The position numbers and the translations under genes were made by a program. This document shows, piece by piece, positions 18,335-27,352 of a DNA stretch of 46,603 nt. Each line of letters opens with the position of its first letter. Within the stretch, counting starts at the first letter, position 1. The notes under the pieces were generated by a model. That model ran no database searches and was not told where the DNA came from. It worked only from the letters and a program-made list of their open reading frames with translations. The stretch comes from Acidimicrobiia bacterium (GTDB lineage Bacteria; Actinomycetota; Acidimicrobiia; IMCC26256; PALSA-610): positions 1 to 46,603 of the forward strand of contig JBBRPC010000003.1 in the NCBI GenBank assembly GCA_038228615.1, given 5' to 3'.

Positions 18335-19129
18335 ATGGCAGATACCTATACCCACGGGCACCACGAGTCGGTACTGCGGAGTCACACGTGGCGGACCGTT
18401 GAGAATTCTGCCGCCTATCTGGCGGACGAACTCACTCCGGGTCGCAGCGTGCTCGATGTTGGGTGTGGCCCGGCGACTATCACCGCCGATATCGCCACTC
18501 GAGTGATGCCAGGAACGGTCGTTGGCATCGATGCGGCTGCCGAAGTCATCGACATCGCCCGCCTGAACGCAGCCGCGAACCACAACGCAACGTTCTCAGT
18601 GGGCGATGTGTACGCGCTCGACTTCCCAGACGCAAGCTTCGATGTCGTACACGCACATCAGGTGCTGCAACATTTGACCGACCCTGTCGCTGCGCTGCGC
18701 GAGATGCGCCGCGTCGTTGTGGCGGGTGGTGTTGTTGGCGCTCGCGACGGCGACTACAGCATTTTTGCCTGGGCGCCCGACGACGAGCGTCTCACCCGTT
18801 GGCTATCGCTGTATCGATCCGTCGCACGTCACAACCGGGCCGAACCCGACGCAGGTCGATATTTGTTTGGCTGGGCACACGCAGCAGGCTTCACCGACGT
18901 CGTATATACAACCTCCAATTGGACCTTCGCCGACGACGAATCGCGCACCTGGTGGGGCGGGCTGTGGGCCGACCGGATGGAACAGTCGGCAACTGCCCGA
19001 CAGGCTGTCGAGTATGGGCTCGCGACCTCAGCTGAACTCGCGAGCATCGCCACAGCATTTCGCGAATGGGCAGCGAACCCTGACGGAATCTTCATCACCG
19101 TCCACGGAGAAATTCTCGCCCATCGGTGA
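18335..19129 (+). CDS. Class I SAM-dependent methyltransferase (UbiE-like)
   Basis: VLDVGCGPA, DASFDVVHAHQVLQH. Confidence 0.9.
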   Translation: MADTYTHGHHESVLRSHTWRTVENSAAYLADELTPGRSVLDVGCGPATITADIATRVMPGTVVGIDAAAEVIDIARLNAAANHNATFSVGDVYALDFPDASFDVVHAHQVLQHLTDPVAALREMRRVVVAGGVVGARDGDYSIFAWAPDDERLTRWLSLYRSVARHNRAEPDAGRYLFGWAHAAGFTDVVYTTSNWTFADDESRTWWGGLWADRMEQSATARQAVEYGLATSAELASIATAFREWAANPDGIFITVHGEILAHR

Positions 19130-19144
19130 CGAGCAGGTCGCTCT

Positions 19145-20356
19145 TCAGGCGGATGTCAGTACCTTCGCCGCCGATCCCATGAGGTCGAGAAAGTTGTCGC
19201 AATAGAACTTCTGTCGAACGGTCTCGCTCGCGTCGCCGAGCGAAGCCTCGAATCGCTCGATCGGCCTGCGCCCACCCTCGACATGCGGGTAGTCGCTCGA
19301 AAACAGGCACACGTCGGGACCAGATTGCTCGATGATCCAACCCACATCCTCTGTCGGATACGGCGTGAAGCGCATCTGACGCTGGACGTATTCGGTCGGA
19401 CGGAGTTGCAACGCTCGTACTCGTTCTTCATGACGTTGAAACGCGTCAAACGCTGACTCCATCTGGCGGGTCCAACTCGGCACCCAAATCGCGCCCTGTT
19501 CGATGACACCGATACGCAACGCAGGAAAGCGGTCGAAAACTCCGTCAAAGACCATCGTTGCGAGCGTCTGCGCCGGCGGTCCTGGAATTCCCATGTAGTC
19601 GACAGAACGGAAGTTTTCCTCGCCACCATGAAAGTCGGGAGGGATCGGCAGACCGTTCTTAAAATAGTTGCCGTCGATGAGATCGCCAGTACCGCCGACA
19701 TGGAAGAGCACGGGAATGCCAGCATCTTGCGCTGTCGCCCACACTGGATCAAGGCTGCGATGGCTCGGCGAGTGCGTAGGAGGGCAACCAGAAGCCACGA
19801 GCAACGCGGCCGCGCCCTGCCCGATCGCTTCGTTCGCCATGGAATGCGCCAATTCGAAATCGACCAACGGCACATAACACGTCGGTAGCAACCGCGGATC
19901 GCCAGCGCAGAACTCGATCATTCCACGATTGTGCGCACGCGCGACCCCGTAGGCGAGTTCAATATCGCCGGCATGTTCCCAATTCCGCAGGCGCCGATTG
20001 TGGAATGTGTTGAACATCAGTTGGCTCGAAAACCCCAATAAGTCCAGGGCTCGAGAGCGATCTTCAGGAAGAAACGAACCGGTTGCCGCAAAATTCTTGC
20101 GAGCCATGATGTCGGCAGCTTCGGTGGAGCGGTATGCATCCGATCGATGCTTCGCTGCGAGCCGAGCGAACGCTGCGTCAAGATCACGCAACTGTTCAGT
20201 TGGGTCGCCCGTTTGGCGGAGTTCGTTGCCGCCCTCCAGCGAGAGTGTGGGAATACGGTCGCGCAAATGCGGATCCGCATGGTCGCGCAGCCACGACGGC
20301 GTCTCCATGATGTGCGCATCGGCGTCGTGCACGATGCGACCTTCGCTGTAAGGCAT
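19145..20356 (-). CDS. Amidohydrolase_2 family metal-dependent hydrolase
   Basis: DADAHIME, LFHVGG, FSSDYPHVEG; GGAGG SD before ATG 20356. Confidence 0.9.
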   Translation of the reverse strand: MPYSEGRIVHDADAHIMETPSWLRDHADPHLRDRIPTLSLEGGNELRQTGDPTEQLRDLDAAFARLAAKHRSDAYRSTEAADIMARKNFAATGSFLPEDRSRALDLLGFSSQLMFNTFHNRRLRNWEHAGDIELAYGVARAHNRGMIEFCAGDPRLLPTCYVPLVDFELAHSMANEAIGQGAAALLVASGCPPTHSPSHRSLDPVWATAQDAGIPVLFHVGGTGDLIDGNYFKNGLPIPPDFHGGEENFRSVDYMGIPGPPAQTLATMVFDGVFDRFPALRIGVIEQGAIWVPSWTRQMESAFDAFQRHEERVRALQLRPTEYVQRQMRFTPYPTEDVGWIIEQSGPDVCLFSSDYPHVEGGRRPIERFEASLGDASETVRQKFYCDNFLDLMGSAAKVLTSA

Positions 20357-20401
20357 GTTGTCGACCTCCGTTGCGTTTGTGTTCTCGGTTCGGAACTCAC
20401 C

Positions 20402-20440
20402 GCATTCTTCACCAGCATTCTTCACTGGCATTCTTCACGC
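20402..20440 (-). repeat. 13-bp tandem repeat x3 (core gcattcttcac on + strand) in the amidohydrolase leader
   Basis: gcattcttcacca gcattcttcactg gcattcttcacgc. Confidence 0.92.
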
Positions 20441-20474
20441 AAATGCAACTCGACAGTTGGCTCGATTGCTTCGC

Positions 20475-20936
20475 TCAGGCCTCGGGGCCCCGTTCACGCA
20501 CTCGGCGCACGGCCTCAGCCGCTGAGACAAGTTCCGCCAACCAGTCGTGTTGATGCCGTCCTACCAATGCAACACACCACGACAGCGCCTCACTACGGCT
20601 TCTGGCAATTCCACCAGTAATCAACGCGTCAAGCACGACACGCTCATCAAGGCGCAATCTGGTCATCACCGGCACGTTGAGATGTGTAAACAACAGCGTG
20701 TCGTCGCCGGAGGTCACGCCCCAGGACACCTTGCGCTGGAATCTGGACTCAGCCTCTGCGGCGAGTTGCATCCGCTGCAACCGAGTTGCTTCCCGAAAGG
20801 CTCCAGGATCGCTTCCAGGCGCAAGCGAACCCACCGCAACGATTTCGTCCCGGTCGGCACGAACGACCAACGGAGCGGTGAACCACTCAGCTGGAACGAC
20901 CTGGCGAAACCACTCCTCAATAAGGTCTGCCCTCAC
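20475..20936 (-). CDS. Hypothetical protein with a C-terminal ribbon-helix-helix-like motif, divergent from lon
   Basis: PVMTRL (strand) - ERVVLDALITGG (helix) - SRSEALSWCVALV (helix). Confidence 0.68.
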   Translation of the reverse strand: MRADLIEEWFRQVVPAEWFTAPLVVRADRDEIVAVGSLAPGSDPGAFREATRLQRMQLAAEAESRFQRKVSWGVTSGDDTLLFTHLNVPVMTRLRLDERVVLDALITGGIARSRSEALSWCVALVGRHQHDWLAELVSAAEAVRRVRERGPEA

Positions 20937-20954
20937 GGGAATACTTCCTTACTC

Positions 20955-20975
20955 GTGATGTTGTAATGGCGTAAT
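20955..20975. promoter_or_regulatory. Candidate operator: gtgat/gtaat/gtaat at exact 8-bp spacing between the RHH-like gene and lon
   Basis: Boxes start at 20955, 20963 and 20971 in the 61-bp divergent spacer. Confidence 0.4.
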
Positions 20976-20997
20976 CATATCCTCCGGAGGAGTCAAC

Positions 20998-23400
20998 ATG
21001 CCCGCAACACCGCTTCCCGATACCCCGATTGCTCACCAGCAGGTGTTTCTCCCCTTGCTCCCCGCCAATCACGGCGTGGTGTTCCCCGGCATGGTTGTCA
21101 CCGTGTCGTTCGACTCGCCAGAGGCCCAGAGTGCCCTCGCCGCGGCTGAGGCCGGCAACCAGGAGCTGATCGTGGTCCCCCGTCACGACGGCGTATTCGC
21201 GAAGGTGGGAACCATCGCGCGTGTCGAGCAAGTGGGCAATCTCCCAGATGGAAGCCGCGCCGCCATCGTGCGGGGAATCGCCAGAGCTGTCATCGGCCAG
21301 GGTGCGCCTTCCGAATCGGGAACCCTCACCGTCCTTGTCACCGCGCTGGATGAGATCGGAGACGAGTTCGACGCCGACCAAGTAGCCCATGTGAACATCG
21401 AAACTGCGGCTAGGGCGTATCGAGCGGTGGCAGAACGTTTGCTTGACGCCGTGGGTGGGCGAGCTGTCAAGGGCGTCCTCGCAGAAGCCGAGGCAACCGG
21501 GCCAGGCGCACTCGCCGACACAATCGCATGGTGGCCTGCGCTGGAACACGTGCAGCGCATCCAGCTTCTCGAAACGACCGATGTGCTCGCTCGGCTCGAG
21601 CTCGCGTTGACATGGGCGCGCACGGCGCTCGTCGAAGTGGAGATCGACCAGTCAATCAACACCGAGGTCAACGAACACTTCGAACAAGCGCAACGCGAGG
21701 CCATCTTGCGAAAGCGTCGCGACGCAATCACCAACGAACTCGGCGAATCATCAACCGACCACACCTACCGTGAGCGCCTCGAAGCGCTCGGCGACACGGT
21801 GAACGAGGCAACCCGCATCTCAGTCACCAAAGAGATCGATCGCCTCGATCGCGTCGGCGAACAATCGATGGAATCCGGATGGATTCGCGCGTGGCTCGAC
21901 ACGGTCTTTGAAATTCCATTCTCCGACCGCAGCGACGACAACCTCGACCTCGTGCACGCGCGTTCGATACTCGACGCCGATCACACGGGTCTCGACGACG
22001 TGAAAGACCGAATCATTGAGTTCCTCGCGGTTCGAAAACTCCGCGCCGACCGGGGTATCGACACTGCACTCTTCCGTCGAGCGGGAACAATCCTGGTACT
22101 AGCCGGTCCTCCTGGCGTCGGCAAGACCTCGTTGGGCGAGTCAGTGGCCCGAGCCCTCGGACGTACATTCGTCCGCACCGCACTCGGCGGGATCCACGAC
22201 GAAGCCGAGATTCGCGGGCATCGTCGAACCTACGTCGGAGCACGGCCCGGTCGCATCGTGCGCGCCTTGATCGACGCGAAAACGATGAATCCTGTCGTAC
22301 TCCTTGACGAGATCGACAAGCTCGGCAACGACTTCCGAGGCGACCCCACAGCCGCCCTGCTCGAGGTGCTCGACCCAGCGCAGAATCACACGTTCCGCGA
22401 TCACTACCTTGAGCTCGAACTTGACCTCTCCGAGGTGGTGTTCATCGCGACCGCGAACGCGTTGGAACGGATTCCCGCGCCGCTCCTCGATCGCATGGAA
22501 GTCATCACGATCAGCGGATATAGCGAAGACGAAAAGCTCGCGATTGCCACAGACCATCTCGTGCCGCGAGTACTCGAACGCAATGCAGTCGCGGAATCCG
22601 AAGTCGTGCTCAGCGAAGATCTGCTCCGCGCAATCATCACCGGCTACACGCGTGAGGCAGGCGTCCGCCGCCTCGAACAACGGCTCGACCGCCTCGTTCG
22701 CAAGGCAGCAACTCGGCTCGCACAGGACACAGATGCCGCGCCAATCAACATCGCGATCGACGAGCTCCACGACGTACTCGGGCGGCCGATCATCGATGAA
22801 CTCCCGGCCGAACGCGTGGCATCACCCGGGATCGCGACCGGGTTAGCAGTCAGCGGCGCCGGCGGCGACGTGTTGTTCGTCGAAGCCGCTGTCATGGATG
22901 GCAAGGCTGGCTTGACGCTGACAGGCCAATTGGGCGACGTCATGCGTGAGTCTGGTGAGATCGCGCTGAGCTATCTCCGATCTCATGCTGATGCGCTTTC
23001 GATCGAACGTAAGGAGTTGCGCAGGCGATTCCATGTGCACTTCCCGGCCGGCGCGACACCGAAAGACGGACCATCGGCTGGAGTGACGATGACGACTGCA
23101 CTTGTGAGCTTGCTCACCAACCGTACGGTCCGAAGCGATGTCGCCATGACAGGCGAGGTCACGCTCCAAGGTCGAGTGTTGCCAATCGGCGGCGTGAAAG
23201 AAAAGGTATTGGCTGCACATCGTGCTGGCGTTCGCCACGTCATTCTTCCGGAAGGCAACCGTCTCGATGCGAACGACATCCCCGAGGATGTGCGCAGCCT
23301 CGTGGAGTTACATTTCGCCACGACGGTCGAAGACGTCTTTGCTATCGCCTTTGCGTCACACGGGCGTACACCGGAGGAACGGCGAAGCGCCGAAGGTTGA
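20998..23400 (+). CDS. lon: ATP-dependent Lon protease (endopeptidase La)
   Basis: LAN N-domain, GPPGVGKTS, RGHRRTYVGA, LLDEIDK, catalytic PKDGPSAG and GGVKEK; GGAGG SD. Confidence 0.97.
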   Translation: MPATPLPDTPIAHQQVFLPLLPANHGVVFPGMVVTVSFDSPEAQSALAAAEAGNQELIVVPRHDGVFAKVGTIARVEQVGNLPDGSRAAIVRGIARAVIGQGAPSESGTLTVLVTALDEIGDEFDADQVAHVNIETAARAYRAVAERLLDAVGGRAVKGVLAEAEATGPGALADTIAWWPALEHVQRIQLLETTDVLARLELALTWARTALVEVEIDQSINTEVNEHFEQAQREAILRKRRDAITNELGESSTDHTYRERLEALGDTVNEATRISVTKEIDRLDRVGEQSMESGWIRAWLDTVFEIPFSDRSDDNLDLVHARSILDADHTGLDDVKDRIIEFLAVRKLRADRGIDTALFRRAGTILVLAGPPGVGKTSLGESVARALGRTFVRTALGGIHDEAEIRGHRRTYVGARPGRIVRALIDAKTMNPVVLLDEIDKLGNDFRGDPTAALLEVLDPAQNHTFRDHYLELELDLSEVVFIATANALERIPAPLLDRMEVITISGYSEDEKLAIATDHLVPRVLERNAVAESEVVLSEDLLRAIITGYTREAGVRRLEQRLDRLVRKAATRLAQDTDAAPINIAIDELHDVLGRPIIDELPAERVASPGIATGLAVSGAGGDVLFVEAAVMDGKAGLTLTGQLGDVMRESGEIALSYLRSHADALSIERKELRRRFHVHFPAGATPKDGPSAGVTMTTALVSLLTNRTVRSDVAMTGEVTLQGRVLPIGGVKEKVLAAHRAGVRHVILPEGNRLDANDIPEDVRSLVELHFATTVEDVFAIAFASHGRTPEERRSAEG

Positions 23401-23886
23401 TCAGATGAGAATTGGTTCGTCGGGCGCTCGCACGCCGAGCACCGCGAGTGCCCGACCCATGCCAAGCCACATGGCACAACATATCGTCAGATCGGCGATC
23501 TCATCATCGGCAAACGACGACCGGATTCGAACCCAGAACGCGTCGTCGACGGCGAGATGGTCGAGCGCAAACCGCTGTGCGAATTCGGCCGCGAGCCGTT
23601 CGCGCGGCGTCAACAACTCACTGGTGCGCCAATTCGCAACTTCGTTGTAGAACGGGTCGTCGATGGCGTGCGTACTGCCATCTTTGGCCCGCGACCCCTG
23701 GCATACGGCACAGTCGTTGATAAGCGCGATCGTCCAGCGCGCAGCTTCACGTTCACGAAGCGGCAGCTGAGTATTGGTGTACACCGCTTCCGAGAATGTC
23801 CCCATGCCCACGGCCATCGGAACACGCGACAACATCCAATCGACGTGTTCGCCCATTCCTGATTCTGCGAATTCAATGCGCGCCAT
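23401..23886 (-). CDS. AhpD/carboxymuconolactone decarboxylase-like protein
   Basis: REREAARWTIALINDCAVC (CxxC), RERLAAEFA; TACGGT -10 6 nt before the ATG. Confidence 0.83.
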   Translation of the reverse strand: MARIEFAESGMGEHVDWMLSRVPMAVGMGTFSEAVYTNTQLPLREREAARWTIALINDCAVCQGSRAKDGSTHAIDDPFYNEVANWRTSELLTPRERLAAEFAQRFALDHLAVDDAFWVRIRSSFADDEIADLTICCAMWLGMGRALAVLGVRAPDEPILI

Positions 23887-23954
23887 TCCCCAACCGTAGC
23901 CACAACGGCGATCACCCCCAATTCCGGTTGGTGGCGATTCGGTAGTCTCGTGCG

Positions 23955-24947
23955 ATGCAGCACGTTCGACTCGGCAACAGCGGCCTCAAAGTTTAACGAT
24001 TGTGCCTCGGCACGATGACGTTCGGACTTCAAGTGGATGAAGCAGTGTCGCGCTCCATCCTTGATCGTGCCAGCGAAGGTGGGGTCACTTTTATCGACAC
24101 AGCCGACGCCTACCCACTCGGCGGTGACCTTTCGACTGCCGGCCGTACCGAAGAGATTGTTGGAAGCTGGCTCGCTGGCAAACGCGACGACTTCGTGGTG
24201 GCGACGAAGTGTTTCGCGCCCGTCGGCCCGAACCCATGGGATGCAGGGAACAGTCGTCGTCACATCATGGATTCGATCGACGCATCGCTGCGACGCCTGC
24301 AGACCGATTTCGTCGATCTCTACCAACTCCATTTCGACGACGCGTTTACTCCTCTCGATGAAACGCTGCAAGCACTCGACGACGTCGTTCGAAGCGGCAA
24401 AGTGCGGTACGTCGGGTGTTCGAACTTCCTCGCCTACCGCCTTGCCAAAGCGTTGGGTCGCAGCGATGTTCGCAATGTTGTGCGGTTCGTTTCTGTCCAG
24501 CCCAGATACAACCTGTTGTTCCGAGAATTCGAGCGCGAGTTGTTCCCGCTGTGTGTAGAAGAAGGCATCGGCGTGATTCCGTATAACCCGATCGCCGGCG
24601 GCATGCTCTCAGGAAAACACGATCGAACCAAAGCGCCAGACGAAGGAACGCGCTTCGCTCTCGGCAACGCTGCGAAGGTGTATCAAGACAGGTATTGGCA
24701 CGACAACGTCTTCGACACCGTCGACGCGTTGGCGAAACTCGCAGTCGAGGCAGGCGTCGCACTCCCCACACTCGCAGTCGCTTGGGTACTGCGCAATCCG
24801 GCCATTACGTCGCCCATCATCGGGGCGAGTCGTCCAGACCAGCTTGATTCCACACTCGCCGCACTTGAGTACACGATCGACGACGATCTCGCGGCTCGCC
24901 TCGACGAAGTGAGCGCTGGGTACCGGCGAGGCGACGCTGCTCGCTAG
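23955..24947 (+). pseudogene. Aldo/keto reductase interrupted by an in-frame TAA at codon 14
   Basis: MQHVRLGNSGLKV*RLCLGTMTFG...IDTADAY...ATK...LYQLH...PYNPIAGGMLSGK; TAA at 23994-23996; TAGTCT -10 6 nt before ATG 23955. Confidence 0.8.
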
Positions 24948-25034
24948 CGACGACGAATCCGCCCCATTGGGGAGAAAATCTGTTGACCAGACAGGTTCTG
25001 ACGTCCAGACTGGTGAGCCCGGCGAATAGGCCGG

Positions 25035-25090
25035 GGCCAAGAAGTGCCGGCCAGCAAGTGCTGGCCAAGAAGCGCTGGCCAAGAAGTGCG
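25035..25090 (+). repeat. 14-bp imperfect tandem repeat x4 (consensus ggccaagaagtgcN) directly before the patatin RBS
   Basis: ggccaagaagtgcc ggccagcaagtgct ggccaagaagcgct ggccaagaagtgcg. Confidence 0.92.
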
Positions 25091-25105
25091 GAGGTGGGTA
25101 CGGCA

Positions 25106-26011
25106 GTGAATACTGGAACAGGGATCGATCTCCAGATCAGCACGGGTCCCACTCGCGCGCGCATTGCCTTCGTCTTGCCAGGAGGCGGCAGTCTTGGCGC
25201 GGTACAGGTTGGCATGCTCGAAGCGCTCTTCGCCGGCGGGATACGCCCTGATGTCATCGTCGGAACTTCCGTCGGCAGTTTCAATGGTTCGTTCATCGCA
25301 GCTGATCCAGAACACGGCCACAACATCTTGCGCGACGTGTGGCTTGGCATGGAACGGCGCGACATCTTGGCGCTCAGGCCACGCGCGATCGCACTTGGAT
25401 TGTTCGGTCGGCACGACTTCATCTGCCACAACGATCGGCTCGTGCATTTCTTACATCGCCACGCGCCACTCGCGCGCCTCCAAGACGCCAAAGTGCCCAT
25501 CGTGATGACGGCATCCGACCTCGAAACCGGACAGCCTGTTGCGATGCGCGACGGCCCGGCCATCTCAGCACTGCTCGCGACTTCCGCGCTTCCCGGCGTG
25601 CTACCGCCGGTGTGGAGAAACGGTCGCTTGCTCGTCGACGGCGGCATGACGGCGGCGTGGCCAGTACAGCTCGCGATTGAGGCTGGTGCAGACCGCGTAT
25701 ACGTTCTCGAAACCGCGAACTGCACGACGATGCAACGGCGTCGCGGCGCGCTCGCGATGTTTGAACGCGGTGTCGACATGATCACCGACCACGCCGTCGC
25801 GTTGGAACGACGCTCGGTATTCGCAGCGAATGCCGGCCGCGTGTTCGAGATCCCGGCCCCACCGAGCCGCACGTCGATCCTCGATCTCTCGGCGACGGCT
25901 GAACTCATAGAAGCTGCGCGAACCACGACGCGGCGTTGGCTGCGCGACCATCAGCCGATCAGCACCATCGATCTCACGACTTCCAAGCGAGCCCACCAGC
26001 CAGCGATATAG
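25106..26011 (+). CDS. Patatin-like phospholipase
   Basis: GGGSLG, GTSVG, DGG motifs; GTG 25106 follows a ggaggt SD. Confidence 0.9.
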   Translation: MNTGTGIDLQISTGPTRARIAFVLPGGGSLGAVQVGMLEALFAGGIRPDVIVGTSVGSFNGSFIAADPEHGHNILRDVWLGMERRDILALRPRAIALGLFGRHDFICHNDRLVHFLHRHAPLARLQDAKVPIVMTASDLETGQPVAMRDGPAISALLATSALPGVLPPVWRNGRLLVDGGMTAAWPVQLAIEAGADRVYVLETANCTTMQRRRGALAMFERGVDMITDHAVALERRSVFAANAGRVFEIPAPPSRTSILDLSATAELIEAARTTTRRWLRDHQPISTIDLTTSKRAHQPAI

Positions 26012-26048
26012 CCAGCAGTCGCCCACATCGTGCAACTAGGGTCGCCGA

Positions 26049-27308
26049 GTGCCTGTCGCGCCGTTGGACGCCAGGACACGACGCTCAGTTATTGCACTGC
26101 TCGCAAGCATTCTCTGCGCGTCGGCTGCGGGCATGGCTGGGTTCGTGGCGCTGGGCAAGCAAGTATTCGATATCTCCGGACGCGAACTCGACCTCGGGTG
26201 GCTAGGCCTTGCCGAATTCGCACCAGCTGCCGTGCTCGTGTTGGTGACAGGAACGGTTGCGGATCGGTTCGACCGTCGCCACGTCGCGGCGGTCGCGATC
26301 GCCGCGCAAGCAATGATCGCTTGTGGCCTCGGCCTCTACGCGCTACAGCAACCGCACTCGGCGACTCCAATCTTCGCGATCGTGCTCCTGCTCGGTATCG
26401 CACGCGCCTTTGTCGCACCAGCCGAACGATCGTTGCCAGCCGACATCGTTTCGCCAGAGCGTCTGCCTTGGCTCACGGCGCGTTTCTCCGGTTCATGGCA
26501 AGCAGCCGCGATCGTGGGTCCCGTCTTGGGCGGATTTCTCTACGCCATCGATCCTTGGTGGTCGTATTTCGCCATGGCCCTACTGCTGATTGTCGCTGCT
26601 GGCGCGATCTTGCTGGTACATCCGCAGTTGGCCCAACACGACGCCCCACCAATCCAAGACCAGCCAATCCAAGACCAGCCAATACGCGACAAACCGAGTC
26701 TTCGCGAGGCATTGCTTGGCCTCAAGTTCATCCGAGGCCATCCCGTCATGCTCGGAGCTATCTCGTTGGATTTGTTCGCCGTGTTGTTTGGAGGCGCGGT
26801 GGCGCTGCTTCCCGCGCTGGCAGAGAAGCGATTCGGGGTCGGGTCGGTAGGTTTGGGATGGCTGCGTGCAGCAGGTGGTATCGGCGCAGCACTTGTCACT
26901 GCAACACTCGCCATCCGACCCCTCCGTACCAGGATCGGGCGCATGTTGCTCTGCGTTGTTGCCGTGTTCGGACTCGCGACCATCGCCCTCGGCGTCACTC
27001 GGAACTATGCCGTTGCTTTCATCGCGATGATGATCTTGTCTGGCGCAGATGCTGTGAGCGTGTTCATCCGGGCCACCTTGGTGCCGTTGGTAACTCCTGT
27101 GGAGCTGCGCGGAAGAGTGCTCGCTGTTGAGAACGTTTTCATCGGCGCTTCGAACGAACTCGGCGCGTTTGAATCAGGTGTTGTCGGACAATGGCTTGGT
27201 CCGGCGACAGCGGTCGTGCTCGGAGGCTTCGCGACCTTGGCTATCGCAGCGGCGTGGTGGCTCGTGTTTCCCGCATTGCGCGATGTCGACCGATTCCCAG
27301 GGACGTGA
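26049..27308 (+). CDS. MFS transporter (DHA3/MFS_3-like)
   Basis: ~12 hydrophobic segments, GTVADRFDRR, LDLFAVLFGG, GASNELGAFESG. Confidence 0.92.
   Translation: MPVAPLDARTRRSVIALLASILCASAAGMAGFVALGKQVFDISGRELDLGWLGLAEFAPAAVLVLVTGTVADRFDRRHVAAVAIAAQAMIACGLGLYALQQPHSATPIFAIVLLLGIARAFVAPAERSLPADIVSPERLPWLTARFSGSWQAAAIVGPVLGGFLYAIDPWWSYFAMALLLIVAAGAILLVHPQLAQHDAPPIQDQPIQDQPIRDKPSLREALLGLKFIRGHPVMLGAISLDLFAVLFGGAVALLPALAEKRFGVGSVGLGWLRAAGGIGAALVTATLAIRPLRTRIGRMLLCVVAVFGLATIALGVTRNYAVAFIAMMILSGADAVSVFIRATLVPLVTPVELRGRVLAVENVFIGASNELGAFESGVVGQWLGPATAVVLGGFATLAIAAAWWLVFPALRDVDRFPGT
26649..26693 (+). repeat. In-frame 15-bp tandem repeat x3 (PIQDQ-PIQDQ-PIRDK) in the MFS central loop
   Basis: ccaatccaagaccag x2 followed by ccaatacgcgacaaa. 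Confidence 0.9.
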
Positions 27309-27352
27309 GCGTCACAAGAGTGCGCGTGCTTGCGGATCACTAGGGTGGCAAC

